Assembly: GCA_963840035.1 (NCBI GenBank)
Contig: CAWIXE010000002.1
Coordinates: forward strand, 1,643,680 to 1,707,679
DNA length: 64,000 bases
Direction: 5' to 3'
Source of the DNA: a candidate division FCPU426 bacterium
GTDB taxonomy: Bacteria > Oederibacteriota > PGYV01 > Palsa-1178
This document shows positions 52,571 through 64,000 of the stretch, piece by piece. Under the pieces are notes generated by a model. It saw only the letters and a program-made list of their open reading frames with translations. It was not told the origin of the DNA and did not search any database. The translations under genes were made by a program, and so were the position numbers. Every line of letters starts with the position of its first letter. Position 1 is the first letter of the stretch.

Positions 52571-53055
52571 TCAGAGGATGGCGTCGTCGGGCAGGGGGTA
52601 CGGCGTCGCAGGCAGCCCCGGCATCGGGTGGTCCCACCACAACGTCTCCTCCACCCGTGAGCTGATCCGCCAGCCGGCCGACGTCCGCACCAGCCGGTCG
52701 TGGTAGCGGCCACCGACCACGAACAGCCAGGGCTCGCCGTCCACCAGCAAGCGGTTGGGGTTCTGGAAGTGGGCGCGGGAGCGGGCCGTGTCGCCACCCG
52801 GGTCGATCTCGACGGCGCGGTTCACCACCAGGTGCTGGGTCACCTCGAAGATGGGCAGCACCTCGGACAGCCACCGCCGCACCTCGTCGAAGGCGCCGCA
52901 GATGCCGCCGGCAGACCGGTAGTCAAGACGGCGCGTCGCTCGGTGAACACGGACTCGAGGAGGTCCCAGTCACGGAGATCGACCGCGGTGGCGTACCGGG
53001 TCAGGAGATCGTCGATCTCGAGACGGTCGACCAGGTACTGGAGCGGCGCGTCCAC
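52571..53055 (-). CDS. SnoaL/NTF2-like domain protein, frameshifted
   Basis: DRLEIDDLLTRYATAVD..DW, TQHLV.N, GGRYHDRLVRT..GWRI. Confidence 0.82.
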
Positions 53056-53130
53056 CGGGGGGAACGTAGCGCACGGCACGCCCGGTGGCACGGAGGTCGC
53101 AGCGTCGCTCTGCCCCGCCCGCTGTCATGC

Positions 53131-54390
53131 TCACCCCCGACGGATCTCAACCGGGGTGCCCCGGTCGGAGAAGGCGAAGTCGGTGGCCGTGGTGAACCGG
53201 GTGAGCAGGACCTCGTCGGCCGTTGCCATCTCGTCTTCGTCCTGGAGCACTTCGACGCACAGCTCGTCCCCGTCGTCCGAGACCGTCCGGCACCGGTACC
53301 GCCGTCCACCGCGCGGACGATGGCGTCCAACGGCTCCAGATGGTCGGCGTCGAGCAGGGTCGGCCACGCCCCGTCGGCCGCGGCGGCGGTGTCCGGTCGA
53401 TACGGAGGGACCCGAGCCGGAGTGCTCGACGGTGCACCCGACGTAGGCGGCGGGCAGGAGCCCGGGGCTGAGCGCCAGCACGTGCGGCGACGTCCACCGG
53501 GTGCGCGACCGAGCCCGAGGGCGGTCCGGATGCGGCCGGCGGTCCACGCCGGCGATGCCGGTGAACTGCTCGGCGGCTGAACGATCGGGCGTCCTCGTCC
53601 GTGTCGACGCGGTTCGCGCACGGCGGACAGGAAGGACAGCGCGAGGAGGTGGCCCTGGAGACACACCTCCTCGGCGATGCGCCGGAGCGCGGAGGCGCGA
53701 CCAGTCGGCGGAAGCCGGAGATCCGACAGCAGCGGACCGGTGTAGTCCTGCTGGCCCGGGCCGTCGGGGTCGATCGGGTCGAGCTCGATGGTCGCGGCCG
53801 CCGGGCCCCGATCAGCCTGGCCTGGGCCGGCACCGGCAGCACGGGAGTGGTCGCGGTCGATGGTCACCGTCCAGTGCGCAGTGCGGCGAACGGTCGGCGG
53901 GCACCCGGGGCGGCCGGTGGATCGGGCGTACCCGGGCGTGGCGGTTGGAGGCGGCGGCCGTGGCGTCGAACGTGGGGTCCTCGATGTCGTGGCACATCGC
54001 GATCACGTAGTCGGTGCCCATCGGCTCGACGTCCATCAGCGCGCCGCAGTGGTCGAGCCAGAACTCGCCGTGGTCGTGGTCGATCACTGGATAGCGGAAG
54101 TCCATGAACTGGGGAGGCGACCCGATGTCGAGTTGCAGCCCCTTGAAGATGGTCTCGACCGAGTCCCCCTCGAACCCGAGTGTCCGCTGCATCCGCCCGG
54201 TGTAGAGCGGGCTCGCGCCCATCCACTCGTCGATGGCGATGTCGCGCATCCGTCCCGACCGAACGCCCCGATCAGGTGGGGCATCCCGGCCCGGTCGATG
54301 ACGTGCCCGGCCAGGAGGTACTCGGGCACGAGGCGCGCCAGCTCGTCCGCGTCCGATCCTGTATCCCCGCGGTCACAGACGATCGTCCCC
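53131..54390 (-). CDS. Conserved actinobacterial hypothetical protein, frameshifted
   Basis: IAIDEWMGASP.YT.RMQ, FKGLQLDIG.PPQFMDFRY, HCGALMDVEP, MCHDIEDPTFDATA. Confidence 0.7.
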
Positions 54391-54590
54391 CTCTCCCCGG
54401 GGTACCGGCGGCCGGATTGCCGAGTGTCCCATATCCATCGGGGCGGCGACGCATACGGCGTGCTGGTGACGCGTCTGACCAGGGAGTTTGCCGGATCGTC
54501 CGGTCCGTGCCCTGATGACTGGTGCGCTGGGTCGGCGCACCGTGAGCGGCCTGGGTCGCGGTCCATACCTTCCGAAAAGAGGCGGGAACG

Positions 54591-55971
54591 ATGAGCGAGC
54601 AGGTCGATGCGGTGGTCGTGGGCATGGGCCCCGGCGGCGAGGACGTGGCCGAGCGGCTGGCCGAGGCCGGCCTGGACGTGGTCGGGATCGACGCCGAACT
54701 GGTGGGGGGCGAATGCCCGTACTGGGGTGCATCCCCACCAAGATGATGGTCCGCGCCGCGGACCTGCTCGCCGAGGCGCGACGGGTCAACGGCATGAGCG
54801 GGAGCTCGACGGTGCATCCGAGCTGGGACCCGGTGGCCGCGCGTATCCGCGACGAGGCGACGGACGACTGGGACGACACGGTGGCCGTCGAGCGGTTCGA
54901 GGGGAAAGGCGGCCGGTTCGTCCGCGGCTGGGCCCGACTGGCAGGCCCCGGGCGGGTCGTCGTCGGCGACCGCGAGTTCGCGGCCCGGCGGGCGGTGGTC
55001 GTCGCGAGCGGGGCCCGCCCCTGGATTCCACCCGTGGCCGGTCTCGCGGGCACGCCGTTCTGGACCAACCGGGAGGCGGTCCGGACCACGCAGGTGCCGC
55101 ACACGCTCGTCGTCCTCGGGGGCGGCTCGATCGGGGTCGAGATGGCCCAGGTGTTCCGGCGGTTCGGCGCGCAGGTCACGGTGCTCGAGACGGCACCCCA
55201 CCTGGTCGGTCCCGAGGAGCCGGAGGCCGCCGCCGTGCTCGCGACGTGTTCGGGGCCGAGGGCATCGAGGTGCGGACCTCGGTCGAGGTCGAGTCGGTCG
55301 GTACGACGGACAGCGGTTCGCCGTCGAGCTGGCCGAGGGCCAGCCGCTGTTGGCCGACCAGTTGCTGGTCGCCACGGACGGCGGGTGGACCTCGAGCGGC
55401 TGGACGTCGGCGTCGGTAGGCCTGGATCCGAGGCGCGGTCGCTGCCGGTCGACGACCACATGCGGGTCGACGGTGTCGAGCGGACGTGGGCGGTGGGCGA
55501 CATGACCGGCAAGGGAGGCTTCACCCATATCTCGATGTACCAGGCGGACATCGTGGTCCGGGATGTCCTCGGCCGCGAAGTGGTGCCGGCCGACTACCGG
55601 GCGGTACCCCGGGTCACCTTCACCGATCCCGAGATCGGCTCCGTCGGGCGCACCGAGCAGAAGCGCTGGCGAAGGGCATCGAGGTCCGGGTGGGCCTTGC
55701 CCGGGTCCCGGACTCGGCCCGGGGGTGGATCCACAAGGCCGGCAACGAGGGGCTGGTCAAGATCGTCGAGGACCGGGACCGCGGCGTGCTGGTCGGCGCC
55801 ACCTCGATGGGGCCCTGCGGCGGGGAGATGCTCGGCCTGCTCACGCTCGCGGTGCATGCCGAGGTCCCGACCAGCCAGCTCCGGCACATGATCTACGCGT
55901 ACTCCACCTTCCACCGGGCCATCCTGGACGCCATACGGCACCTGACCGACGGCCCGGAACAGGCTGCGTGA
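54591..55971 (+). CDS. Pyridine nucleotide-disulfide oxidoreductase (dihydrolipoamide dehydrogenase-like), frameshifted
   Basis: GMGPGG, GGECPYWGCIPTK, GGGSIGVE, PRVTFTDPEIG, HMIYAY.TF. Confidence 0.88.
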
Positions 55972-56086
55972 CCTGAACCGCGCCGACATCCTGCGATCGC
56001 GTGGGTAGCGTGGACGGTGGAGACGCCCCGGGGCGCTGCGGTCGGCGTACCCGACCCGCCGGTCCCCTCGAGCATCGGGAGTCATC

Positions 56087-57252
56087 GTGGAGTACCGGAT
56101 CCTCGTTCCCCCGCCCAAGCGGCATCGCACCATGCTGGTCGTCCTGATCACGGTCGTGGCACTGGTCGCGGTGGCCGCTGGGGCCTATGCGTTCGGCAGG
56201 CACTCGGGGACCACGAACGGTCCGTCGGCCTCGCGGAGCGGCCTCCGACCCACGGACCCGCCGCGGTGCGGACACTCTCCGTCGTCTCGACGGTGCCGGC
56301 CAACGGAGCCTCCGGCGTGCCATCGGACCAGGCGGTGACCGTCACCTTCTCCGCTCCTCTCCGAGGGGCGACCGGCATGCCGATGTTCAGCCCACCGGTA
56401 GCAGGGATCTGGCGAATGGTCGGGCGCAGCACCCTTTCGTTCCTGGCTTCGGCCCCTTCCTCCGACCGTGACCGAGTCACTGGTCATCCTGCCGGGCGCG
56501 GCCGGCCCAGGCGGCGAACGGCGGCAGGCTGACCCACCGGCGACCGTCAGCTTCTCCGTCGCCCAGGCCAGCACCGAGCGGCTCCAGCAGCTGCTCGCCC
56601 AGTCGGACTACCTGCCGCTCTCCTTCACCCCGTCCGCTCCGCCGACCTCCTGCCGAGGTGGTGACCGCCCAGCCGGGAAGCTTCGCCTGGCGCTGGCCGG
56701 GCCTCCCGGCCGACTTCACCTCGCTGTGGATCGAGGGTTCGGAGAACGTCATCACAAGGCTGCGGTGATGGCCTTCGAGAACCAGCACGGCCTCCGGTGG
56801 ACGGGATCGCCGGCCCGCAGGTCTGGACGGCGCTGCTGGCCGACGCGGCGGCCGAGAAGGTCGACACGAGGCCGTACACGTACGTCTGGTGTCCAAGCAG
56901 GTGCCCCAGACGCTGACCCTCTACGAGAACGGCGCACCGGTGATGACCGGCGTCGCGGTCAACACCGGGCGCGCCGGGCGCCGACACCGCGGACGGGACC
57001 TTCCCGGTCTTCGAGCACGTGGCCAGCTCCCGGATGCAGGGCACCAACCCCGACGGCAGCACCTACGACGACCCGGCCGTGCCCTGGGCCAGCTACTTCA
57101 ACGGCGGTGACGCCCTGCACGGCTTCGTGCGGGCGAGCTACGGCACGCCCCAGAGCAACGGGTGCGTCGAGATGCCGATCGCCGTTGCCGCCCAGGTCTG
57201 GCCGCTCACTCCCATCGGCACGCCGGTGACCGTCGTCGGCCCGCCGTCCTGA
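56087..57252 (+). CDS. L,D-transpeptidase (YkuD) with Ig-like and PG-binding-like domains, frameshifted
   Basis: N-terminal TM; PANGA..V....VTVTFS; ALHGF...SNGCVEMP. Confidence 0.82.
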
Positions 57253-57299
57253 CCCGCGCCGAACCGGCCGCCGATCCGGCCGGCCGGCCCGGCACGGTG

Positions 57300-57503
57300 T
57301 CATCGGGCGAAGGTGTGCCATCCGAGCCAGAGCCAGCCGAGCACCAGCAGCGTCCTGCGGGTCGGACTTGCGGTCATCATCCGGAGCAGGTCGTCCGCTC
57401 GCGGGAGGCGCCCGCGCGCGAGACGATCGCGGCGGCCTCGGACCGCGACGAGTACGAGCGCGATGGCCGACCAGACGGCCCAGGTGACGTCGCGCCAGGT
57501 CAT
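57300..57503 (-). CDS. Small membrane protein (DUF6186-like)
   Basis: MTWRDVTWAVW...RRTLLVLGWLWLGWHTFAR. Confidence 0.6.
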   Translation of the reverse strand: MTWRDVTWAVWSAIALVLVAVRGRRDRLARGRLPRADDLLRMMTASPTRRTLLVLGWLWLGWHTFAR

Positions 57504-57916
57504 CGCTCGACCAGGCGCCAACCGAGCAGGAGCCGCACCGCGAAGACGAGTCCGAGCCAGGGACGGTACGCGTCGACCACGTCGAGCATCGAGCTCACCG
57601 TGGGATGGTCCTGGCGAGGGGACGAGAAGTAGCAGAACAGTTCCCACCCGACCCCGGCGGCGATCGCGACGGCCCAGAGCCCCCAGCGCAGCCCCCAGCC
57701 GTCGGCCGACCGTCCCCCGGTGCCCGCATGGCCACCGGTGGTCGCCGTACCCTCCGCTCCGATCCGGCGGTCGAGCAACCCGAACACGGCGATCCCGGCA
57801 ATTCCGAGGAGGACGACGGTGTCTGCGGGCACCGTGAACGGCCGGGTGAACGACGCGAGGGTGGCCAGCACCACCGCGCCGACGACACCGCAGGCACGCA
57901 GCACGCGGCGGCTCAC
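57500..57916 (-). CDS. Hypothetical membrane protein
   Basis: 138-aa hydrophobic ORF, WEL..YF.SPR.DHPTVSS; overlaps both neighbours. Confidence 0.65.
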   Translation of the reverse strand: MSRRVLRACGVVGAVVLATLASFTRPFTVPADTVVLLGIAGIAVFGLLDRRIGAEGTATTGGHAGTGGRSADGWGLRWGLWAVAIAAGVGWELFCYFSSPRQDHPTVSSMLDVVDAYRPWLGLVFAVRLLLGWRLVER

Positions 57917-59130
57917 GGTTCAGGCCAGAGCTCCTCGGGTTCGGTTCCCCGCGTCTCGGGGAGGCACCAGAACAGGCCCGCAGCGAGGCATGCCGGCAGG
58001 AACGTGGCCACCGCGGCCAGGCCGAAGCGATTGCCGATGTCGGCGACGGCTCCGAAGACGACCGCCCGGCCGCGGCCCCGAAGACGCCGGCGACGAGCCA
58101 CCATCCCGCCACCGATGCACGGACCGACGTCGGGAACAGCTCGGTGAGCAACGAACCGATGCACGGGCGCGAGGACCGACCCCGGCGAGCACACCGAGGC
58201 AGTAACCGACGACGAGAGCGGCCTGTGACCCGCTGTAGGCCATCGCCCCGAACACGGCGATGCCCACCATGCCGACCGCCCCAGTGGGACGCCTGCCGAT
58301 ATTGTCCGCCGACCAGCGGCCGATGAGCAGCCCGACCAGTCCCGTGGCGCCGGCGCCCACCACCATGAGACCGGTCAGGAGGCCCGACTGGTGGAGGACG
58401 TTCTCGGCGTAGAGGTAGGCGAACGTGTTGGCCGGGCCGGTGATCACCGAGATCGCGAACGCGAGGAGGGCGAGGACCGAGAGCCGTCCCCGGAACCGCC
58501 GGCCGACCGCCCCGATAACCGGGAGGGGGTGCACCTTGGCGGCTGCGGCCACGGCGAAGCGATCCGATTCGGTGACCTGTCGGGCGATGACCGGTAGGAG
58601 GGACAGCGGAGCAGCGCCAGGGCGAAGATCCCCCGGAACCCGAGGCTGCTCGACGCGAGGCTGAGGAGTGCAATGACTCCGGCCCCGACCCCGTACCCGG
58701 CGGCCACGAACGCCACCGCCTTGGCCCGGTCGGCTGCTCCGGTTTGCTCGGCGGCGAGCACCGCGGTGATCGAGTGGTAACGCTCAGGAACGGCCGGCCC
58801 AGGGCGAAGATCACGACGAACCACAGTAGCTCGGGCTGGCGGCTGCCACTGCGGTGATCGCGAGCCCGATGCCGACCGTGACGAGCAGCATCGTCCGACG
58901 ACCGAACCGATCGGCGAGTCCGGCGAGGGGAGCCGCGCCGAGCGAGGCCAGGCGGATGATCGCCAATCCGATGCCGAGCGCGGTTCCCGAGAGGCCGGCC
59001 TGATCGGCGATCGTCGTTCCTTGCGTCGAGCGACCGACTCCTTGGCCACCTTGCCGAGTGCGGCGACCACACCGAACTGTCCGACCCCACGGCGAAGGCA
59101 GCGATGACGACTCGATGACCACCGGGTCGA
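57913..59130 (-). CDS. MFS transporter, frameshifted
   Basis: GLADRFGRR and WSADNIGRR motif A; ELFPTSVRAS. Confidence 0.85.
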
Positions 59131-59254
59131 TCCAGCGATAGAGATGGAGGACCAGGGTCCCGCCGGACGGCGGCTCCGACGAGGCACGCGGTCAGCCCGC
59201 CTGCCGCGCGAGCTCCCGACGGCAGCCCCGCCCCGAGCAGTCGCAGGCCGGTGG

Positions 59255-59999
59255 TCAGCGGCCTTCGGGTGACGCCTGCGGTCCCGCAGCCCCGGGGAGT
59301 CCTGTCACCGCTTGGATCGCCGCCGACGCAGCGCATGTGGTCGCCTGCTGCGCAGCCTTGGCCAAGCGGGCGAGGGCAGGGATTCGATTCGGATGCTTGA
59401 GGAGGTAGGCGGCGATCGACGCGGGGTTCGGGCTCCCGTCCTGATTGCTGAGTCGGAACACCTCCTCGTCGATACTCCCGTCGGTGGCCCGGTCGCTGAT
59501 GACCCGGAAGACCGACCAGGGGATCCCCCGACGCTCGCAACTCTCGGCGATGGCGGCCGTTTCCATGTCCAGCGACACGACCCCTGGGCTCGGAGCTGGC
59601 GAGGAGGTCCAGGTCTGTGGTGAGCTCCGTCGGTCGTCCACATCGTCCCGTGCGGGACTCCCGTCGCCTTCGGTCGGGGCGGTACTCGGCTCCCGTCGCA
59701 CTGTTGACGACCCGCTCGGGCAGGACAAGGGTCCCGATAGGGGTCTCGTCGTCGACCGCGCCCGGTGATCCCGACCACGACCACCCGCTCGACCTCGACG
59801 GCGTCCAGCAGGCGCTCGAGGCCCTGGGTGGCGAGGGCAGTGCCCATGCCGGTGACGATGGCCACGACCGGCTGGCCGCCGAGCGTCCCGACGTGGATGT
59901 CGAGTGCTGCCCACGCGGGTTCGCCGGAGGGAGAGCTTCCGCTTGAGCGGGGTCAGCTCCATCGGCCATCACGCAGACAAAGGCTAGGTGGTTGGGCAT
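59255..59999 (-). CDS. MTA/SAH nucleosidase-like (PNP_UDP_1) protein, frameshifted
   Basis: TGMGT, VVVGITG, LDMETAAIA, FRVISD. Confidence 0.8.
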
Positions 60000-60090
60000 C
60001 AGGTCGCCTCCCGGGTGGTGACCATCGTGCACGACCCGGCTCTGCGGGGCAAGACTCCCACCGGTCCCGACCGTCCGGGCGGTCGGACGT

Positions 60091-60980
60091 CACGACCTCG
60101 GAGGTGGGCCGGCCGGATCATCGAGGGTCGGCCGGATCCGGTCCTCCAGGAAGGTGACGACCGCGTCGGAGAAGGCGTCGTTGCGGTCCCCGGCGATCAT
60201 GTGGGCCGCACCGTCGACCGCCACCACGGTGGCGTCGGGGATCCGGGCCAGCAGCTCGTCGACGCCTTCCTGGGTGACGACGTCGCTGAGGAGGCCCTAG
60301 ACCAGCATGGTGGGCACGCGGATGTTGCTGGTGGCCACGTCGAGCAGCCGGCGAAGCGGTCGGGCACCACCTCGGTCCGGTCCTGGCCGATCACCAGGGG
60401 GTCCCAGTGCCAGTACCAGCGGCCGTCGCGCTGGCGGAGGACCTTCATGAGGCCCGCCGGGTTGACCGGCCGGTTCCGTTGCGGGGTGTAGGCGGCGATG
60501 GCGGCGGCCGCCTCCTCCAGGGAGTCGAACCCGTCGACTCCCGACTGCATGAACGGCGCTGATGCGCTGGATGCCCGTCGTCGTTGGTCTTGGGGGTGAT
60601 GTCCACCAGCACCAGGCCGCAGGAGACGGTCCGGTCGCTGGTCCCCTCGGCCAGCATGGCCGACATCCCGCCCAGCGAGGCGCCGACCAGGACGGGCGGC
60701 CGGCCCAGCTGGTCGGCCACGGCCACGCAGTCGGCGCAGAAGGCGGTGAAGGAGTAGTCGCCGTTCGGCGGCCCAGTCGCTGTCGCCGTGGCCGCGGAGG
60801 TCGAGGGCCACCGTCCGCCAGCCCTGGGCGGCCACCATCTCGGCCGTCGACGCCCCAGGCGTGTCGGGTCTGACCTCCGCCGTGGAGGAACAGCACCGGG
60901 CGGGCGTCGGGGTCGCCGCGTACGTCGGCGACCAGCTCGACGCCCTCGAAGCCCTCGAAGATGACCTGCTCGGCGTCCAT
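60091..60980 (-). CDS. Alpha/beta-fold hydrolase, frameshifted, one in-frame TAG
   Basis: LHGGGQTRHAW, DLRGHGDSDW, GASLGG, WYWHWDP, HMIAGDRND. Confidence 0.85.
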
Positions 60981-61066
60981 GGCCCCCATCGTCACATCCG
61001 CGCAGGGGGGGTGGGTGCGATACCAGCCGGGCTAGCGTACCCATCAGGCAGATCCCAGGACGGAGG

Positions 61067-62023
61067 GTGCTCAAGCGGCCTCACGGCTCGCCACAGACGC
61101 CGAGCTCGCATGCTGGCGGCGACGACGGGTGGGTACTCCTGGAGGGGCTCGTCGACTGCAACGAGATCGATGCCGCTTCGGACGACCTGCGGCTGGTCTT
61201 TCCCATCCTGCGAGGAGTTCCACGCCGATCCGGAGGCGGTGACCCGCAGCCGGATCGGATCCAGGGCCGATCCAGCCGAGGAGTTCGAGTGGCCTGAAGA
61301 TGGCCCCGGGTTCCGTCGGCGCCCAGCACCGCTGGATCGGCCTCGTTCCCCTTCCCGGCAGCGGGCGCCCTCAACCGCCTCTGCGTCCACCCTTCCATCG
61401 TCGACTTCGCCGAGCGTGCGCTCGGGACGCGGACATCCGGCTCTACGGGGCCCATGCCAATGCCAAGTACTCGGGCGTGACCAACTACGAGCAACCCATG
61501 CACATCGACCGCAACCACTCGTGGCTGCCTGCGGGTACCGAGGCGCCCTGGTGGAACCTGCAGTCGTTCCTCTACCTGTGCGACGTCGGGGAGACCGACA
61601 ATCCCACCCGCCTGGTGTCGGTCCGCGACTCGACCCATGTGCGGGCGTGGATGCCGGTGGTCATGCCCGACAAGGACCCGGCCCTCTACAGCGCCGAGCA
61701 ACGGGCGAGCGGCGGCGGGGCTCGCACCTCGTCTACCGGTCCAACGTGTTCCACCGGGGGCCCCGTTCACCTCGGAGCGCTCCGCCCGCTTCCTCCTCGG
61801 GCTTGCCTTCAAGCGTGCCGGGCAGGACTGGATCGGGTACGACCAGGCACAGTCGAACTCGACCGGTCCGGAGTGGACGCAGTTCGCAGAGCACTCGACC
61901 CCACGGGAGCTGGCGCTCTTCGGGTTCCCACTGCCCGGCCATCCGATCTGGGACGAGGCCCTGCTCCGGGGGTCGCGATCCGCTATCCCGGGCTCGACCT
62001 CGAGCCATGGCGGTGTGCGCTAG
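61067..62023 (+). CDS. Phytanoyl-CoA dioxygenase (PhyH)-like Fe/2OG oxygenase, frameshifted
   Basis: DGWVLLEGL, QPMHIDRNH (HxD), SNVFHRG. Confidence 0.7.
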
Positions 62024-62120
62024 CGGATCACGAGGGATCGGGGTAGCCCATAGGTCTGCGCTCGTGGCGACGCAGTACGGACGCCGCGCCGCTTCATGGA
62101 CCTACTAGGCCACCGGATGA

Positions 62121-63414
62121 TTAGCCGCAGCTCTTCGTGACCGTCGCCGGGTTCGTGGGGGTGCCCGTGGGCGTGTAGGAGCCCGAGCCGGCAAAGCGGT
62201 CGGCCGTCCAGGACACGAAGTCGTTGACCGGAGCCGGCCCGGCGATGCTGTCGTGATCGAGACCGGTGTACACCCAGCGCTGGACATTCTGGGGGGTGCT
62301 CAGTGCGCACATCTTGTACGCAAGCTGGGCAGTGGTGACCGGATCGACCAGCGTGTCGTCTGAACCGCCAGCGATGACCAGGGGGACGGAGGTGTCCGTC
62401 GACGCGAGGTTCGCCGCCGTTGCCGGGTCGTTCTTGGAGAACACGGTCCCCACGCTGCCGGCAGCGTGGACAACGCACCCCCCGCGGGGAAACGTGAGGA
62501 TCGTCGAGAACGTCGAATGATCCAACGTCGTGATCACGGCAGCGACGCAGTCTGTGCCCAGGAGGGGTAGATCGCTCTGACCGGCTGCCGTCAGCATCTC
62601 CGACGTCGGGGCGAGCGTATTGCCGTAGGCGGCATTGAGACCGCCGACGAAGATGAAGACGAGCGGCCAGTAGAGGGTGTTGGCCTCGATATACGGCAGC
62701 TCTGTACCAAAGTTCGACGGAGGCGCGATGGCAAGCCTCTTGAGATCGAGACCCGAACCGTAGGTCTTGGCCTTGTCGAGCACGAAAAAGGACTGTCTGG
62801 CCGCCCTCGGACCATCCCCAGAGACTAATTTCGCGCTGGCATGGGCGGCTGGCAAGTGTCGGGCTGCCCGTACGATGTCGATCGTGTTGTACGCGGCGCT
62901 CGTTCCCGCAAGATACGGAAGGAGCCCGGGCGAGGGGGACAGGATGTTCAAGTTCGCTTCGCCCTGGTAGTCAGTGGCCACGACCTCCCAGTGCTCGGCG
63001 AGGATGGCGTCGATATTGGGAACAGCCGTCGCAGGGTCGAGTGACAGCAGGCTCGCAGTTCTTGTTGGTGCCGTCAGTTTCGTGCGCCCAGTTCACGATC
63101 GGCCAGCCTCCTACTGGTGCTGTGCCCATCGGAACGAACACCAACCCGGTGACCTTGACCGGCGCCCCCTGCAGTGTCTCCGAGTAGTACTCGATGAGGT
63201 AGATGGCGGCAGCACCGGTCACACCAGCGGTCCCGACCGAATGGTCTGCGATGAGTGTGCCTCGGGCAGTTGACGTGAGCGGCCCCGCGTTTCCGCGGGG
63301 GGTTGCCGCTCCGCTCGCCGTGACGCCGACGAGGACGATGCTCGCCGCCAGTGCCAGTGCCGTGAGGCCGACCAACACGGCTCGCGTACAGTTAACGACT
63401 GATGCCTTTGTCAT
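62121..63414 (-). CDS. Secretory lipase (LIP family), frameshifted
   Basis: Signal peptide; YYSE...VTGLVFVP, WAH.T.G, ATDYQG, D.VRAAR, G..DTLV, Y.GLDH. Confidence 0.78.
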
Positions 63415-63659
63415 CGAAATACCGCCCTTCCGCCGAGATGGTGGCGACAGAGTATTCGTCCCGCTCGCTCACGGTAACAAACACGGGCTCGAGCCGTCAC
63501 CGTCAATTGTGACGAAGCCGACCCAGGACATGCGCTGAGCTGGTTTCCCATCCTCGGGAGAGGACCCGAGCTACCCCGGGACGCGTATCGCCGAGTGTCG
63601 GTGTGCGCTGTACGCAGCGTGCGGCGCTACTCGACGGGCGGTGGTTCAGGAGGGCGGAG

Positions 63660-64000
63660 TCATTGCCCGAGGCCGTTCCGGGGCCACGCTGACATCGAGT
63701 CCCACTGGACCCGTCCTGGACCAGACCACGCCAACGGTCGGCAATAGCCGCGGCAATCGGCGCAACCCCTGGAGCGGCGTCAGCGGCCACCAGGTCGAGG
63801 TCCTTGAGCGCCCAGTCCAGGGCGAAGTCGGCGTGGAAGTCGTTGTCGACCATCTTGGTCAGCTTGCTCAGTGCGTACGGCGACGCCAATGGGTTGTCAC
63901 GCAGGGCGGTGAACAGCGCTTGTGTGGGAACGCCGAGGTTTGCCGCCAACGCGGCCGACTCGGCAGCCCCCTCGGTCTGAAAGGCCAACCACGTGTTGAG
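63660..64000 (-). CDS. NAD(P)-dependent 3-hydroxyisobutyrate dehydrogenase-family protein, C-terminal part
   Basis: EGAAESAALA..LG, PLASPYA..K, DFALDWALKDLDL. Confidence 0.75.

Noticed and set aside
54591..55971. Mercuric reductase merA
   Set aside because: No C-terminal Cys-Cys pair, no NmerA domain and no mer operon genes
57300..60032. 910-aa ORF and other long Arg/Pro-rich ORFs in the high-GC half
   Set aside because: Off-frame or antisense read-through of several real frameshifted genes in GC-rich DNA
60297..60299. In-frame TAG in a hydrolase (MLV*GLLSDVV): possible pyrrolysine or recoding
   Set aside because: Single instance in an error-rich region with no pyl genes; TAG is used as a normal stop nearby (e.g. 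35179, 46669)
36165..64000. Mass pseudogenisation or programmed frameshifting
   Set aside because: Indels are scattered through nearly every gene while catalytic motifs stay intact, which is typical of unpolished long-read error

Overview
The window is almost certainly two unrelated genomes joined at about 26,565. Left part (1-~26,565): moderate GC, mostly intact ORFs, a diderm bacterium. The T-x-stalk/FlgD-Ig surface proteins suggest a Goldbacteria-like candidate phylum, which is inference only. It carries a partial YdeI gene, tRNA-Asn followed by a decayed att-like duplication around an AT-rich gene, and pfkB. It also has an SOS-type cassette (lexA, small ImuB-C/DUF6504-like ORF, dinB, a palindrome array plus DUF559 nuclease, DUF72) with a candidate new LexA box in its promoter. 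Further along are a CPBP protease, an ACT-def pair, three mosaic secreted proteins with long Thr-X stalks and shared upstream operators, and a 5'-truncated tamB. Right part (~26,565-64,000): high GC, Acidimicrobiia-like Actinomycetota, full of indels typical of unpolished long reads. It has a Grx-TrxR fusion, two related secreted Cys4 proteins, a LipJ-like hydrolase-cyclase split by an ISL3 transposase, ArsR-SRPBCC-DHFR', two GGDEF-EAL genes with sigma28-like promoters, an S1P-lyase-like enzyme, NlpC/P60, lipid catabolism genes, an OatA-like acyltransferase, an L,D-transpeptidase and an MFS transporter. I saw no CRISPR-Cas, reverse transcriptase, rRNA or phage genes. All family calls come from motif recognition by eye, without database searches. 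Coordinates of frameshifted genes are approximate.
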